IMG/VR virus record: IMGVR_UViG_3300020583_000001
Span: 1 to 62,366 of that record
From: a virus
Lineage: Duplodnaviria > Caudoviricetes
Length of the DNA stretch: 62,366 nt
Reading direction: 5' to 3' (one strand)
Every line of letters begins with the position of its first letter. Within the stretch, counting starts at the first letter, position 1. Below are positions 45,786 through 54,756 of this stretch, piece after piece. The notes beneath the pieces were generated by a model. The model saw only the letters and a list, made by a program, of their open reading frames with translations. It made no database searches and was not told the DNA's origin. A program made the translations under genes and the position numbers.

Positions 45786-46324
45786 AGCAGATTATCTCCC
45801 GAGTCGAACGCTTTCTTCACCATCCGCGTCAGGTCGTGATCCTCGGGTGGTACCACCACATCCTGCACTGTTTCCTTGGGATATAAAACGCCTTCCTCGA
45901 CCGAGATCGCATTCCCGCCCGTGTCCCGACCCTGGCGCACGACGGAGATGGGAAGGCCGTGCTCGATGCGGGCGACGTTCGGCGAGTCGATGGTGCGGTC
46001 ACGCTGGGTGGCGGAGACGTAGGCGTCCTCGGAGATCGGCTTCGAGAGCGGAGGATGGGATTCGAGTGCCGACAGTTCCGGTTGCGCCTCCACCTGATTG
46101 TCCGACGCCGGATGCGAGCGAATGACCGAGGTGGATTCCTTGAACGCCGGATTGTCAAGGTGGAGGATGACGCGGAGTTCGTAGCTCACGCGACCATAGG
46201 CGACACGGGAGGTCATCATGCAGTCGCGGGAGAGGACATCGTGGACATCGGCTTCGATGATCTTCTGGAGTTCATCCCCGCGTAGGGGACGGTTTGAGAC
46301 TAGCTCTTGCCTAGCGGGTGACAT
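45782..46324 (-). CDS. Hypothetical protein
   Basis: 180 aa; GGAG RBS. Confidence 0.75.
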   Translation of the reverse strand: MSPARQELVSNRPLRGDELQKIIEADVHDVLSRDCMMTSRVAYGRVSYELRVILHLDNPAFKESTSVIRSHPASDNQVEAQPELSALESHPPLSKPISEDAYVSATQRDRTIDSPNVARIEHGLPISVVRQGRDTGGNAISVEEGVLYPKETVQDVVVPPEDHDLTRMVKKAFDSGDNLL

Positions 46325-46598
46325 TATTTTGTTCTCCTATCCGTGTTGGATCAAGGTTCTCCAAATCCCAAATAAATTGGGTATATGCTTCCGACTTCAT
46401 ATAATCCTTCAAAGTTTGGTCAGGAGATTTTAGTGGAGCATCCAGCCAACGATCCAGCGCCACTTGTGCGCTTACAGAGTCAGCTTGCATCTCAGCAAAA
46501 TCTACTCCATCGGGAATCCTGCATCCACGAGCCAGCCACATCCCGTTTGGTAATTTAGTAATGGATTTAGTTTCTTCTTGCCACGATACGTCAGGCAT
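46311..46598 (-). CDS. Hypothetical protein
   Basis: AAGGAGG RBS before ATG 46598. Confidence 0.7.
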   Translation of the reverse strand: MPDVSWQEETKSITKLPNGMWLARGCRIPDGVDFAEMQADSVSAQVALDRWLDAPLKSPDQTLKDYMKSEAYTQFIWDLENLDPTRIGEQNNVTR

Positions 46599-46893
46599 TT
46601 CTGATCCTCCTTGTTCGTTTCTCAAGATACATTCTAACCCTGCGATGCAACTCGCTCAGAGGTTGCCGGGGATCGTCGAGGGACGACCGGCGCACCTGGC
46701 GCATGTCCACTCCCTGTTGCAGGAGCGAGAGTAGCCATCCCTGATGCCATGCCGCGTCCCAGCACGGGTGATCGGGACGGACTTGGGCTTCCAACTTCAA
46801 TTGAGGTTGCCACTCCTGCCAGCGCTGACGGATCTTCATCAGGGTGCGCTCGGGGACGACGATGCGGGAGCGGGGGGAGTTAGCGTCCATCAT
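46591..46893 (-). CDS. Hypothetical protein
   Basis: Coupled ORF. Confidence 0.65.
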   Translation of the reverse strand: MMDANSPRSRIVVPERTLMKIRQRWQEWQPQLKLEAQVRPDHPCWDAAWHQGWLLSLLQQGVDMRQVRRSSLDDPRQPLSELHRRVRMYLEKRTRRIRNA

Positions 46894-47351
46894 TCATCCT
46901 CATCGAACTTCGGCGGCGGGGGCATACCACTCGGCTTGGTCATCACGTTATCGAACTTAATAGACGACTTCAATATTTCAAGATCCTTGGCGGTGAACTT
47001 GGGGCTGAATAGTTCATGTATGAGATTGACCGACTCCGGCCCCAGCTTCCTTGCCGACCTCTCCAGCCGATTCCGCAACGCCTTCCTCGCCCGCTCCTGC
47101 TGCCGCTGCGTCACCCGCGCTCGAATCTTCGCCTGCGCCGCCTTGATATCCTTCTGCGAGGTGAATCGCTTGAAGGGAACGTTCCAGTAGGCGGAGAGGC
47201 AGAAGGGGCAGCATTTTGGCGTGCGGCCCTTGCGTGGGAACCATTCGTGAGCGCAGCGCAGGCATCGCAATTCGCCAACTCGTTCACCGCTCGGTTGGCC
47301 CCCGGTTACAGCAGGTTGGGCGTCGGGCCGTATGTCCCGTCCATTGGGCAT
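46890..47351 (-). CDS. Zinc-ribbon protein (start 47351 or 47417)
   Basis: CLRCAHEW.PR...PKCCPFC.SAYW; GAGGAGG RBS. Confidence 0.7.
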   Translation of the reverse strand: MPNGRDIRPDAQPAVTGGQPSGERVGELRCLRCAHEWFPRKGRTPKCCPFCLSAYWNVPFKRFTSQKDIKAAQAKIRARVTQRQQERARKALRNRLERSARKLGPESVNLIHELFSPKFTAKDLEILKSSIKFDNVMTKPSGMPPPPKFDEDE

Positions 47352-47416
47352 CACCTCCTCGGACTTGTCGGAGAGGATCAGCTCCGACTGATCGACGGCG
47401 TTGGCACTTGGTCGCA

Positions 47417-47686
47417 CTAATTGGCTCGCTCCACATCCGGTTTCTTCAGCACCAGGATATTCGCCATCGCCGTCCCCGGCGCGAACTGGACCGGGATAGT
47501 CGCGGTGATCGTGATTGTCCCATTCAGCGACAGGGGATGGTCATCCGGTCCCATCAGCGTCCCGGCGGGATGCACGTCGGCGACCGTGAAGATGAGCGCA
47601 GCCTCGGAGAGGGCCACCCGAACGAGGTCATCCTTACGGATGGTGTTCCCAATGGCATCAATAGGATAGGATTTGTCGCCGGTCAT
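47417..47686 (-). CDS. Hypothetical SH3-like protein
   Basis: DAIGNTIRKDDLV motif. Confidence 0.65.
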   Translation of the reverse strand: MTGDKSYPIDAIGNTIRKDDLVRVALSEAALIFTVADVHPAGTLMGPDDHPLSLNGTITITATIPVQFAPGTAMANILVLKKPDVERAN

Positions 47687-47904
47687 TGGACCTCTAACTG
47701 ATTCTCAGGAACATTGGCGATTGACTTCTTGGCGAAGAAGCTGGCTTCCTCTAATTTGGTCTTAACAATGGAGAACTCACGCCCATCGGGACATACCTGA
47801 CTGAGTTCCTTGAGCAGTTGGTCGAAGTCTCTGGCTATCTTTACAGCCAACTCAATCCCCTGAGCGTTGAGCTTGTGGAATGGAAACAAAGGACTTACTG
47901 GCAT
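47683..47904 (-). CDS. Acb2/Tad1-like hairpin protein (putative immune-signal sponge)
   Basis: F.FH...CPDGREFSIVKTKLEEASFFAKKSIA matches the RE.S.A.TKLEEA..W hairpin signature. Confidence 0.7.
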   Translation of the reverse strand: MPVSPLFPFHKLNAQGIELAVKIARDFDQLLKELSQVCPDGREFSIVKTKLEEASFFAKKSIANVPENQLEVQ

Positions 47905-47929
47905 GTTCCATACCCTCCCTAATCCACCT

Positions 47930-47958
47930 ACTATAACCCATACTCGTGAGGATGTCAA
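47930..47958 (-). promoter_or_regulatory. Strong sigma70 promoter of the leftward arm
   Basis: TTGACA-17 nt-TATAGT with an upstream A-tract (UP-like). Confidence 0.85.
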
Positions 47959-48457
47959 CTATTATTTTGCGATGGTGGTTATTTTTTATTTTTGTAAATT
48001 ATTGAGCGGGAAGGAGATGGAGCACGTCTCCGTCGCCCCTCCCCCTCTAGTCTGGACAACTCGCACTGGACCGCCACGGTCGGCAATCGTACCGGCATGA
48101 CGGTAACCGGTTCGATGGTCCCAGGGGGTGCGACCAAGGTATCGTCATCGTCCGTCGCTATCGACCGACCGTGAGCTGGCGTCTCATAATGGGACAAGGG
48201 GCCGGGGTAATCTGATGGGACTGAGACACACGTTTAGGGCCATCTTTCGTTATCCGGTTACTATAGTTGGCATGATACGTGCTAAGAGAAGTCACATCCC
48301 CACGCCATCACCAGCTAATCCATCGGCTATCCATTAGCTGGACGGTAACTAATAGCCGTATACGCATTAGCTGGCGCGTCAGGATTGGGATGCCAAACTA
48401 GGTGAGATCATCATAATAATCATCATAATATTTCCACAGGTCGGTAATTGTTTCCCA

Positions 48458-48485
48458 TTGACAAAGAACTGCAATCTGCTAATCT
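48458..48485 (+). promoter_or_regulatory. sigma70 promoter of the rightward arm
   Basis: TTGACA-16 nt-TAATCT with extended -10 TG. Confidence 0.7.
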
Positions 48486-48491
48486 ATGCAT

Positions 48492-48680
48492 ATGGATGTA
48501 CAAACAAAGAAACGCAAGATGACGATAGCACATGTGGCAATGTCGAATGGGGAGCTGGACGCGATTGACCAGATAGCTAGGGAAGAGAATCGCAGCCGCG
48601 CCAATACGATCCATACGTTGCTTCGTGAGGCTATCGAGTCGCGTCAGGGGCAGCGGGAAGAAAAGGAGCAATCACGGTGA
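48492..48680 (+). CDS. Ribbon-helix-helix (CopG/Arc-like) regulator
   Basis: Strand IAHVAM then ELDAIDQIAREENRSRANTIHTLLREAI. Confidence 0.8.
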   Translation: MDVQTKKRKMTIAHVAMSNGELDAIDQIAREENRSRANTIHTLLREAIESRQGQREEKEQSR

Positions 48681-49075
48681 CAACGAAACGATTCACCAAG
48701 AAGTACGCGGCTGAGGATTACGAACGGCTGTACGATCACGCGGCATTGTTGGACCTGTACCTATTTGACACCCAGACCAAGGCACAGCCGGACGCGACCG
48801 AGTTCTATTCGACAATGAAGAATGGACGGCTGGAATCGGATGTCCGCGTGGAATTGTGGCGCGGTAAGTCCGCTCATGGTGGGTATGTCGTCATCATGGA
48901 GACGTTACCCAATATCTGGTATCTCGATGATGCAATAGCGAAGTACCGGGATAATCACAGTGAGCACACGCTGGGGATTCGGATTTGCTTGGAACGGCTG
49001 ACAGTGAAACGGAACAAGTTGTATGAGGCGAACTTAGGACGGCCACTCATGGCGTCCGAGCAGGTATCGGCATAG
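48677..49075 (+). CDS. Hypothetical protein
   Basis: AAGGAG RBS; GTGA coupling. Confidence 0.7.
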   Translation: MTTKRFTKKYAAEDYERLYDHAALLDLYLFDTQTKAQPDATEFYSTMKNGRLESDVRVELWRGKSAHGGYVVIMETLPNIWYLDDAIAKYRDNHSEHTLGIRICLERLTVKRNKLYEANLGRPLMASEQVSA

Positions 49076-49136
49076 TAGATGCCGAAGGATCATCACAAGT
49101 CGCTCTTTGAGCGAAGCGAAAAGGAGGATTGAGGTT

Positions 49137-49478
49137 ATGACAACGAAGCAGGCAATCAGCAGTCCTTATGCGATGCGGCAATGCCGGATCGCTTATGTCG
49201 AAGTCTTAGGCAAGCTATGGATGCCGATGGCAACGGCTGGCACTCGATACGAGCTGTCCGATTACGACCTTGAGAACATCGGCGAGTTCACGCGAGAGAA
49301 CGTAGACGATTGGCTGGGAACGCACGCGGGAGACTTTAGCAGCGTCAAGGATTTTGCTGCGGTCTGCGGTGAGACGGTGATTCCGTGGTCATCGGAAGAT
49401 AATGAATTGGAGTTCTCGGATTGCATGTATCCCTCTGAGGACTTTGCGCCCGGAGAATGGAAGGCTCAATATGACTAA
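49137..49478 (+). CDS. Hypothetical acidic protein
   Basis: GAGG RBS; acidic C-terminal half. Confidence 0.75.
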   Translation: MTTKQAISSPYAMRQCRIAYVEVLGKLWMPMATAGTRYELSDYDLENIGEFTRENVDDWLGTHAGDFSSVKDFAAVCGETVIPWSSEDNELEFSDCMYPSEDFAPGEWKAQYD

Positions 49479-49656
49479 GAAGCATTTCATTGCATTAGCG
49501 GACAAGATTAGAGAGGCATCACACTATCGTATTGGTGCCTTCAGTGATCACCAAATAGATACTCTAGCCGACTTCTGCCAATCGCAGAATGCACACTTTA
49601 ATCGCTCACGCTGGATTGGCTACATCAAAGGCGGGAAGGTGAAGCAGGCCACGTAG
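49471..49656 (+). CDS. Hypothetical protein (MTKKHF...LADF...N..FNRSRW phage family)
   Basis: Recurrent small early-phage protein pattern. Confidence 0.75.
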   Translation: MTKKHFIALADKIREASHYRIGAFSDHQIDTLADFCQSQNAHFNRSRWIGYIKGGKVKQAT

Positions 49657-49736
49657 TCGTCCGAAGCAGCCCTCCCCCGGCGCTGCATTCGCTCAGATTG
49701 AGCGAAGCGAAACTTTGGAATGGAGGATTTGGGAAT

Positions 49737-49964
49737 ATGAAAGTACCAGCGTTATACGAACTGGAACCAATGGGAGTAGGTGGTGCACTTGAAGCCAATG
49801 GCCGCATCTACTTTTTCTGTCCTGCCACGGACTGTCGTGACAAGTTTGCCCCGTCTTTGGGAGATCCCAAGCTTGTAGGCTGGGGCTGGGATGAGGATCA
49901 TATTGAAGGAACTGTCTGCGATTTCTGTGGCGCAGTATTAGAGCCAGACGAGGCAACCGCATGA
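49737..49964 (+). CDS. Small Cys-containing hypothetical protein
   Basis: FFC...C and CDFCG motifs. Confidence 0.65.
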   Translation: MKVPALYELEPMGVGGALEANGRIYFFCPATDCRDKFAPSLGDPKLVGWGWDEDHIEGTVCDFCGAVLEPDEATA

Positions 49965-50269
49965 CAGCCGCCGCCACTTCGTTAAAACTGGCCATTGCTC
50001 CTCCTCGACTGCGGGGAGTATCCATCAACAAGGAACTGACCGACCGCGAGCAAGAGGTCGCTGCGCTGGCAGCGTCCGGCATGGTATCGAAGGAGATCGC
50101 TGAGGCGCTGGGGATTTCCCGGCCCACGGTCGATACTCATCGGGTGAATATCTACCGCAAGCTGGGGAATCATCGGAGGCCGGGGAATATCACGGACTTG
50201 GTTATGTATGCCTTGGCTAGGGGACTTGTGTCGAATCGCTATCAGTCGGAGGGTTTCTATGGAAGCTGA
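49961..50269 (+). CDS. LuxR-type HTH transcriptional regulator
   Basis: LTDREQEV...G...KEIAEALGISRPTVDTHRVNIYRKLG. Confidence 0.92.
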   Translation: MTAAATSLKLAIAPPRLRGVSINKELTDREQEVAALAASGMVSKEIAEALGISRPTVDTHRVNIYRKLGNHRRPGNITDLVMYALARGLVSNRYQSEGFYGS

Positions 50270-50516
50270 TGAGATAACACTGAAACTGTTCTACAATCGG
50301 CGCGGATTCTATATCTACGCTTCTAACTTATTCGTCAAAGATAAATTGATCGGCTCTTATGCTCATGGGCCGCATGTTGACGGATTGATTGGCCACATTG
50401 ACGAATTATTGAGCGAACGTGACGCTGCTGGAAACTTGGTAGCGTCGGAGCCGTCGCAGACTGAGCGAAGCGAAGCGGAATCCGAGCAGGAAATGGAGAG
50501 GAGGTTGCGGGGATGA
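50259..50516 (+). CDS. Hypothetical protein
   Basis: GGAGG RBS. Confidence 0.65.
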   Translation: MEADEITLKLFYNRRGFYIYASNLFVKDKLIGSYAHGPHVDGLIGHIDELLSERDAAGNLVASEPSQTERSEAESEQEMERRLRG

Positions 50517-50746
50517 CCGACACGCGCAAGTTGGCTAGGCATATAGTAGACGATTTCACTTATGAACTACACCATTCGGTGACCGACCCAGTATTAGACT
50601 TTACCCGCGTGTCGTCGAAGGAGATCGTTAAGCTGATAGATCACATTCAGGAGGTGATTGAGCGGGCTGCGTGCTCTTGTGGCTCGCGTGTGCTGGCACC
50701 TAGGTATCATAAGGACGATTGTCCTATGAAGGGAGTAACGCGATGA
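50513..50746 (+). CDS. Hypothetical protein
   Basis: Coupled; C-terminal CSCG...H...CP. Confidence 0.65.
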   Translation: MTDTRKLARHIVDDFTYELHHSVTDPVLDFTRVSSKEIVKLIDHIQEVIERAACSCGSRVLAPRYHKDDCPMKGVTR

Positions 50747-50967
50747 CCCATCCCAGGCTGATGCAGAACTTTGTTTCATATTGCGAACGCAGTGAGCACG
50801 ATCAAGTCCGCGAGCAGGAGGACTATGCCTATGATGATCGCCAGGAATTCATCTGGACTGTGACCCATTCCTGGCTGTCGCTGGCTTACCGGATCGTGGG
50901 ACTAACGATCATGGCCGGGTGCGCGGCGCTGGTGGGATGGGGATTATCGTGGATGGTGGGACGATGA
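50743..50967 (+). CDS. Hypothetical membrane protein
   Basis: C-terminal TM segment. Confidence 0.6.
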   Translation: MTHPRLMQNFVSYCERSEHDQVREQEDYAYDDRQEFIWTVTHSWLSLAYRIVGLTIMAGCAALVGWGLSWMVGR

Positions 50968-51143
50968 AAGAAAAATGGCCTAGTGTTTCTGGGCGGTCCG
51001 ATGTTCACATGGACGTTCATCCGCAAAAGTTTCGGAAGGTAAAGCCGTTTATCTGTCCAGGTTGTGCGCTGCGGAGAGAGACCCGATGCTCCACATGTCG
51101 GCATTGCGCTCGCTGCTGCTACTTGATGCAGGAGACGATATGA
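50964..51143 (+). CDS. Small Cys-rich protein
   Basis: CPGC, CSTC and CARCC motifs; coupled. Confidence 0.55.
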   Translation: MKEKWPSVSGRSDVHMDVHPQKFRKVKPFICPGCALRRETRCSTCRHCARCCYLMQETI

Positions 51144-51260
51144 TTCGCCGTTCGCGAGCATCTAGAGCTGTCAAGCAATTTATATTTCCTTTGCTGTCAA
51201 TACGGATATTTGCGTAAGTCGTTTAAAGTTGATGGATCCTGCTAATCCGTGTTTCATGCG

Positions 51261-51269
51261 TGATACAAT
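51261..51269 (+). promoter_or_regulatory. Putative extended -10 promoter
   Basis: TGaTACAAT in an AT-rich gap ahead of an AGGAGG RBS. Confidence 0.55.
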
Positions 51270-51287
51270 AGACGCAGGAGGAAACAA

Positions 51288-51464
51288 ATGATCTATCGAG
51301 TCTATTTCCAATATGAAGCCGACGGAGCGAGTGGGCCGGAGTATTTCTGGAAGTTCTCCGCTAACAGCAAGCGAGTGGCGCGACAGAGGGCCATTCGAGA
51401 ATACCGCGCCGAGGGCAGGCCAATAGTCGTCCTCGAAGTGATCCCGGAGGCCCGCTATGCGTGA
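51288..51464 (+). CDS. Small hypothetical protein (58 aa)
   Basis: AGGAGG RBS; MIYRVYFQYEADG... Confidence 0.7.
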   Translation: MIYRVYFQYEADGASGPEYFWKFSANSKRVARQRAIREYRAEGRPIVVLEVIPEARYA

Positions 51465-51786
51465 TATGAGCGAGAAACAATTCCAAGACGCATTGAGACG
51501 CCACGGCATGAAGAACGCCGGGTTCATGGGTTACGTGGAGATGGGCATCGAAGGCCATCGCTTATCGGTGTGTCGATACAACGCCGGGAACAATCGCCGT
51601 GCGCAGCTCGCCTATTTACTACGGAAACAGCAGGAAGAAGAGGAGCGCATAGAGGCGCTGACACAAGTCACGCCCAAATTAACATCAGGGCCAATAGTGG
51701 ATGCTGCCGCGAAGGAACGCAATGCGGCCAAAATGCGAGAAGTAAGTTCAACACTCAACCAGTTTTTCTTTGGAACACGCCGATGA
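51457..51786 (+). CDS. Hypothetical protein
   Basis: GGAGG RBS. Confidence 0.7.
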   Translation: MRDMSEKQFQDALRRHGMKNAGFMGYVEMGIEGHRLSVCRYNAGNNRRAQLAYLLRKQQEEEERIEALTQVTPKLTSGPIVDAAAKERNAAKMREVSSTLNQFFFGTRR

Positions 51787-51959
51787 AACTCGGAACCGTA
51801 CTCCGTAAATGGCGGCTGATGTCGGAGCTAGACCTCCGCTCAGCCGCCGCTGAGATGAACCTTGATGCCGCAACCCTGATGCGAATCGAACAGGGCCGGA
51901 TGCCGAGCGGCGAGACATTGCGTTCAATCCTTCGCTGGCTGATGGAGGATTCCAAGTGA
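51783..51959 (+). CDS. XRE/Cro-type HTH regulator
   Basis: LGTVLRKWR...LRSAA...ATLMRIEQGRMPS. Confidence 0.85.
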   Translation: MKLGTVLRKWRLMSELDLRSAAAEMNLDAATLMRIEQGRMPSGETLRSILRWLMEDSK

Positions 51960-52010
51960 CCCATTGCGACTCCGTAACGGAGACGACTTATGAGGGAGAA
52001 AACGGATTTT

Positions 52011-52913
52011 ATGACTGAATCTACACGCAAACAGGAAGCCGCTGCACTGCAAGAAGAGTTGTGTGCCCGATGTAAACATGCACGCAAATACCATCATCCG
52101 TACTGTCACGCGAATTGCGGTGGATGCCAAGAATTCATTGAACAGATATCGCGGGATTGGATGCGGAAAGCTGCCAATGAATACTTTGGGCCTCGCCCTA
52201 CTTCCACCGAACTGTCCCCCGATTTTTTCCGCCGATGGGATGGGTCTGTTGACCGCTTAACTACCATCATCGCCAAGCACGCTCCCGAGCGCGAAACGGT
52301 TGCGCCCCAACCAAGATGGGAGCGCCAACAAGCGTGTCCCGAGTGCGATGGAGACGGATGCAATATGTGTGCGCCGGAAGGACTGCGGGAGAGGTTTGAG
52401 AACTTGGCGTGCGAATATTTCAAGTGCACTTTGTTCAGCAGTTTCATGGCTAAAGATGTTGCGCTTGAGAATTACTTGCAGCCAGAGGTACAGGCCGCGT
52501 GGAAATTCTTTCAGGCAGGTTCCGCCAGCGCGTCTCCGCCCCAACAAGTTAACGATCATTTACTGAATCTATTGGCGGTAATTCATCGTGACGGAGGCCA
52601 TTATGTTGCAGAACACGGCTTGAAGAAAGCCGTCAAAGATGCGCTAAAACTTTCATCCAAACGAATCTCTTTAACGGAGAGCGCGGCTCCGCCCGAGCAG
52701 GCCGCATGGATCAGCGTCAAGGATAGGTTGCCCAGCATTGAAGATGGACACGTAGCGGTTATGCTGCGTGGCGAGAAGAAGGCCCACGCCGCGAGAATAG
52801 TAAAAGACAGCGCGGATTCTCCGTATCAATGGCTTTGGGATAATGACGTTCTCTACGAGATAGACGATACAGAGTTGTGGCAACCGCTCCCCGCTCCCCC
52901 GGAGGCGAAGTAA
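52011..52913 (+). CDS. Mosaic hypothetical protein with a C-terminal DUF551-like domain
   Basis: WISVKDRLP...WQPLPAPP. Confidence 0.75.
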   Translation: MTESTRKQEAAALQEELCARCKHARKYHHPYCHANCGGCQEFIEQISRDWMRKAANEYFGPRPTSTELSPDFFRRWDGSVDRLTTIIAKHAPERETVAPQPRWERQQACPECDGDGCNMCAPEGLRERFENLACEYFKCTLFSSFMAKDVALENYLQPEVQAAWKFFQAGSASASPPQQVNDHLLNLLAVIHRDGGHYVAEHGLKKAVKDALKLSSKRISLTESAAPPEQAAWISVKDRLPSIEDGHVAVMLRGEKKAHAARIVKDSADSPYQWLWDNDVLYEIDDTELWQPLPAPPEAK

Positions 52914-52915
52914 AC

Positions 52916-53128
52916 ATGGCCGACCCAATGGAATTTACGGTGCAGGAATCAACCTTGCAAAAGATATGCAGCCTCATGTTCTGGTCGCACCGTGTAGCAT
53001 CTGCGGCAACGGATGTAGCTATCGCCGAATCGGTGAACAGTAATCCAGTGCATGAATTAGTCGAGGCGTTGGAACGCACGCGGAAGGTAACAACGGACTG
53101 GCTCGATGAAATTCGGAGAGGTGCCTAA
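52916..53128 (+). CDS. Hypothetical protein
   Basis: ORF in the operon; TAATG coupling. Confidence 0.6.
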   Translation: MADPMEFTVQESTLQKICSLMFWSHRVASAATDVAIAESVNSNPVHELVEALERTRKVTTDWLDEIRRGA

Positions 53129-53397
53129 TGGCCGATCCCAGAGAGATTGCAGAGTTAATTCATAAGCATACGTGTCGTTGCGTGACTTGCGCTGAGGCTA
53201 TCGAAGAAGTTGAGCAGGCGATCCGCATGACCATCGAGGCCACGCAAGGCGATCTTATGTGCATGGAATGCTATCGTAGTTGGGGAACAGAAGAGTGTCA
53301 CCATAATCCCATTAGTATCGGCAAGTTAGTGGTTAAGTATCGAGACGTTGCGGAGATTTGCAACCAGCTGCGGCAGAAGTTGGAGAAAAAAGCATGA
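53128..53397 (+). CDS. Hypothetical protein
   Basis: Coupled ORF. Confidence 0.65.
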   Translation: MADPREIAELIHKHTCRCVTCAEAIEEVEQAIRMTIEATQGDLMCMECYRSWGTEECHHNPISIGKLVVKYRDVAEICNQLRQKLEKKA

Positions 53398-53846
53398 CCG
53401 GACCCACAAAACAGGAAATATTCGGCTGTATCGGATTGAAATGTGCAGACCCAAAATGTCCATTGCATAACGGCAGCGGTATTGAATATCTCCCGGCATT
53501 GCAGGACGAGCTAGAAAGAAAGCAGCGTGAAAGCATGAACGCAACCGAGAAGGCGCGACAGTGGCTTTGTAATGGTGGTGGTGGATTTGAGGGCGGCGAA
53601 GACGGGATTCGTGCTTGCACCATGCCAGCAGAAAGCGCGATTGAGTGGATGGACGAGTACGGAGATTACCGCGCCCGTGCCGCCGAACTCGCAGCCTATG
53701 AAGAGTGCTGCAAAGCAGTCGAAGGGGAAACACTTCCGAAGATCACCTACAAAAGTGACCGAGATTACAATATTGCAATTGCTGAAGCAGTGCGGGCAAT
53801 TCGCAGTCTCCCCAGGTTTCAGGAGTTGCAGAAATCTAAATCTTGA
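53394..53846 (+). CDS. Hypothetical protein
   Basis: GGAG RBS; ATGA coupling. Confidence 0.65.
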   Translation: MTGPTKQEIFGCIGLKCADPKCPLHNGSGIEYLPALQDELERKQRESMNATEKARQWLCNGGGGFEGGEDGIRACTMPAESAIEWMDEYGDYRARAAELAAYEECCKAVEGETLPKITYKSDRDYNIAIAEAVRAIRSLPRFQELQKSKS

Positions 53847-53922
53847 TCGTCTATGAATTTGCGCACGAAATAGTACACAATGGGCCCCTGCCTATCAAAC
53901 AGGGAGAAGGTGGTGGTGAGAG

Positions 53923-54168
53923 ATGAGGAGAGATTTTGGCGAGATGTTGGATGATTTACGTTGCGGAGCGCCCGACGAAGACGAGGAAGTGAGTGTTTGC
54001 ACTCGGCCAGAACCGCACATCTGCCAGGTCAACGGTCCGTGCAACGGATGGCCAAAGCCAGGTTCTGGCTGTGGAGATTTCCAAGGTCCGTGTCCGAGAT
54101 GTGGCCAGCCAATCTATGAACTTAGCGGCGATCCCTATGCGCATGTTGGGTGCAAACGAAATGAATGA
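53923..54168 (+). CDS. Small Cys-rich hypothetical protein
   Basis: CTRPEPH...GPCNGWP and CPRCG motifs. Confidence 0.65.
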   Translation: MRRDFGEMLDDLRCGAPDEDEEVSVCTRPEPHICQVNGPCNGWPKPGSGCGDFQGPCPRCGQPIYELSGDPYAHVGCKRNE

Positions 54169-54397
54169 CATCCGTAAGTGTCCGTTACACGGCGACATGT
54201 ACTTAACTGAAACCTTTGATGGCACGGGGAAAAAGGTAACAATCTTGGAGTGCCCACAGTGCGACCATCAGCAGCGCGTGCTTACCGCTGACGATATTGA
54301 GCGCATCGGGGAGAAGGCCGCCAAGGCTGGTGCCGTCATCCGTGGCGCGGGAACCAAAGATATTCCGCAAGTCTCGCCCACCGTACTACGGAGCTAA
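54161..54397 (+). CDS. Zinc-ribbon hypothetical protein
   Basis: CPLHG...ECPQCDH. Confidence 0.65.
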   Translation: MNDIRKCPLHGDMYLTETFDGTGKKVTILECPQCDHQQRVLTADDIERIGEKAAKAGAVIRGAGTKDIPQVSPTVLRS

Positions 54398-54531
54398 TCA
54401 CGCTCTGTAAGTCGCGGTTTCAATTTGTCGATGTGCATCAGAAGGAAGTTTGATGACTCTCTCCGCACTCCAATACGCTGCACCGCTCCCGATTCAGACG
54501 GTCGGGGAGCTGATCCTGGGATTTGCGGCAA
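54394..54531 (-). CDS. Small hypothetical protein (45 aa)
   Basis: AAGGGAG RBS before TTG; MPQIPGSAPR...; fills the gap. Confidence 0.4.
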   Translation of the reverse strand: MPQIPGSAPRPSESGAVQRIGVRRESSNFLLMHIDKLKPRLTERD

Positions 54532-54549
54532 AACGAACACTCCCTTTTA

Positions 54550-54756
54550 GCGGACATTAAAAATAGGCATGTCCGCACCTATTTTCGGACATCATGCGGA
54601 CACGATTTTAACGTGTCCGCTTTTCTAGGTAAATAACTGAATACATGGGTATTTTGTAAGCGGACATGGGTTAGGACGTATTTCGGATGGATCAGCCAGC
54701 GGACGGACATCATGGGGTTTCTGGAAGAAACCCATGTCCGGCTGTCCTGTCCGCTG
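54550..54756. repeat. Iteron-like cluster (GCGGACAT/ATGTCCGC), putative replication origin
   Basis: About ten CGGACA-type copies in both orientations around an AT-rich stretch, next to the helicase gene. Confidence 0.7.

Noticed and set aside
2600-47400. Numerous plus-strand ORFs in the track, such as 6696-7424, 33402-34247 and 44081-44761
   Set aside because: Shadow frames of GC-rich minus-strand genes, without motifs or RBS
51168-51200. Minus-strand promoters from TGTCAA motifs (CTGTCAAGCAATTT, also at about 39218)
   Set aside because: No properly spaced -10 box or downstream gene here; the 14-bp match could be a binding site but is otherwise unsupported
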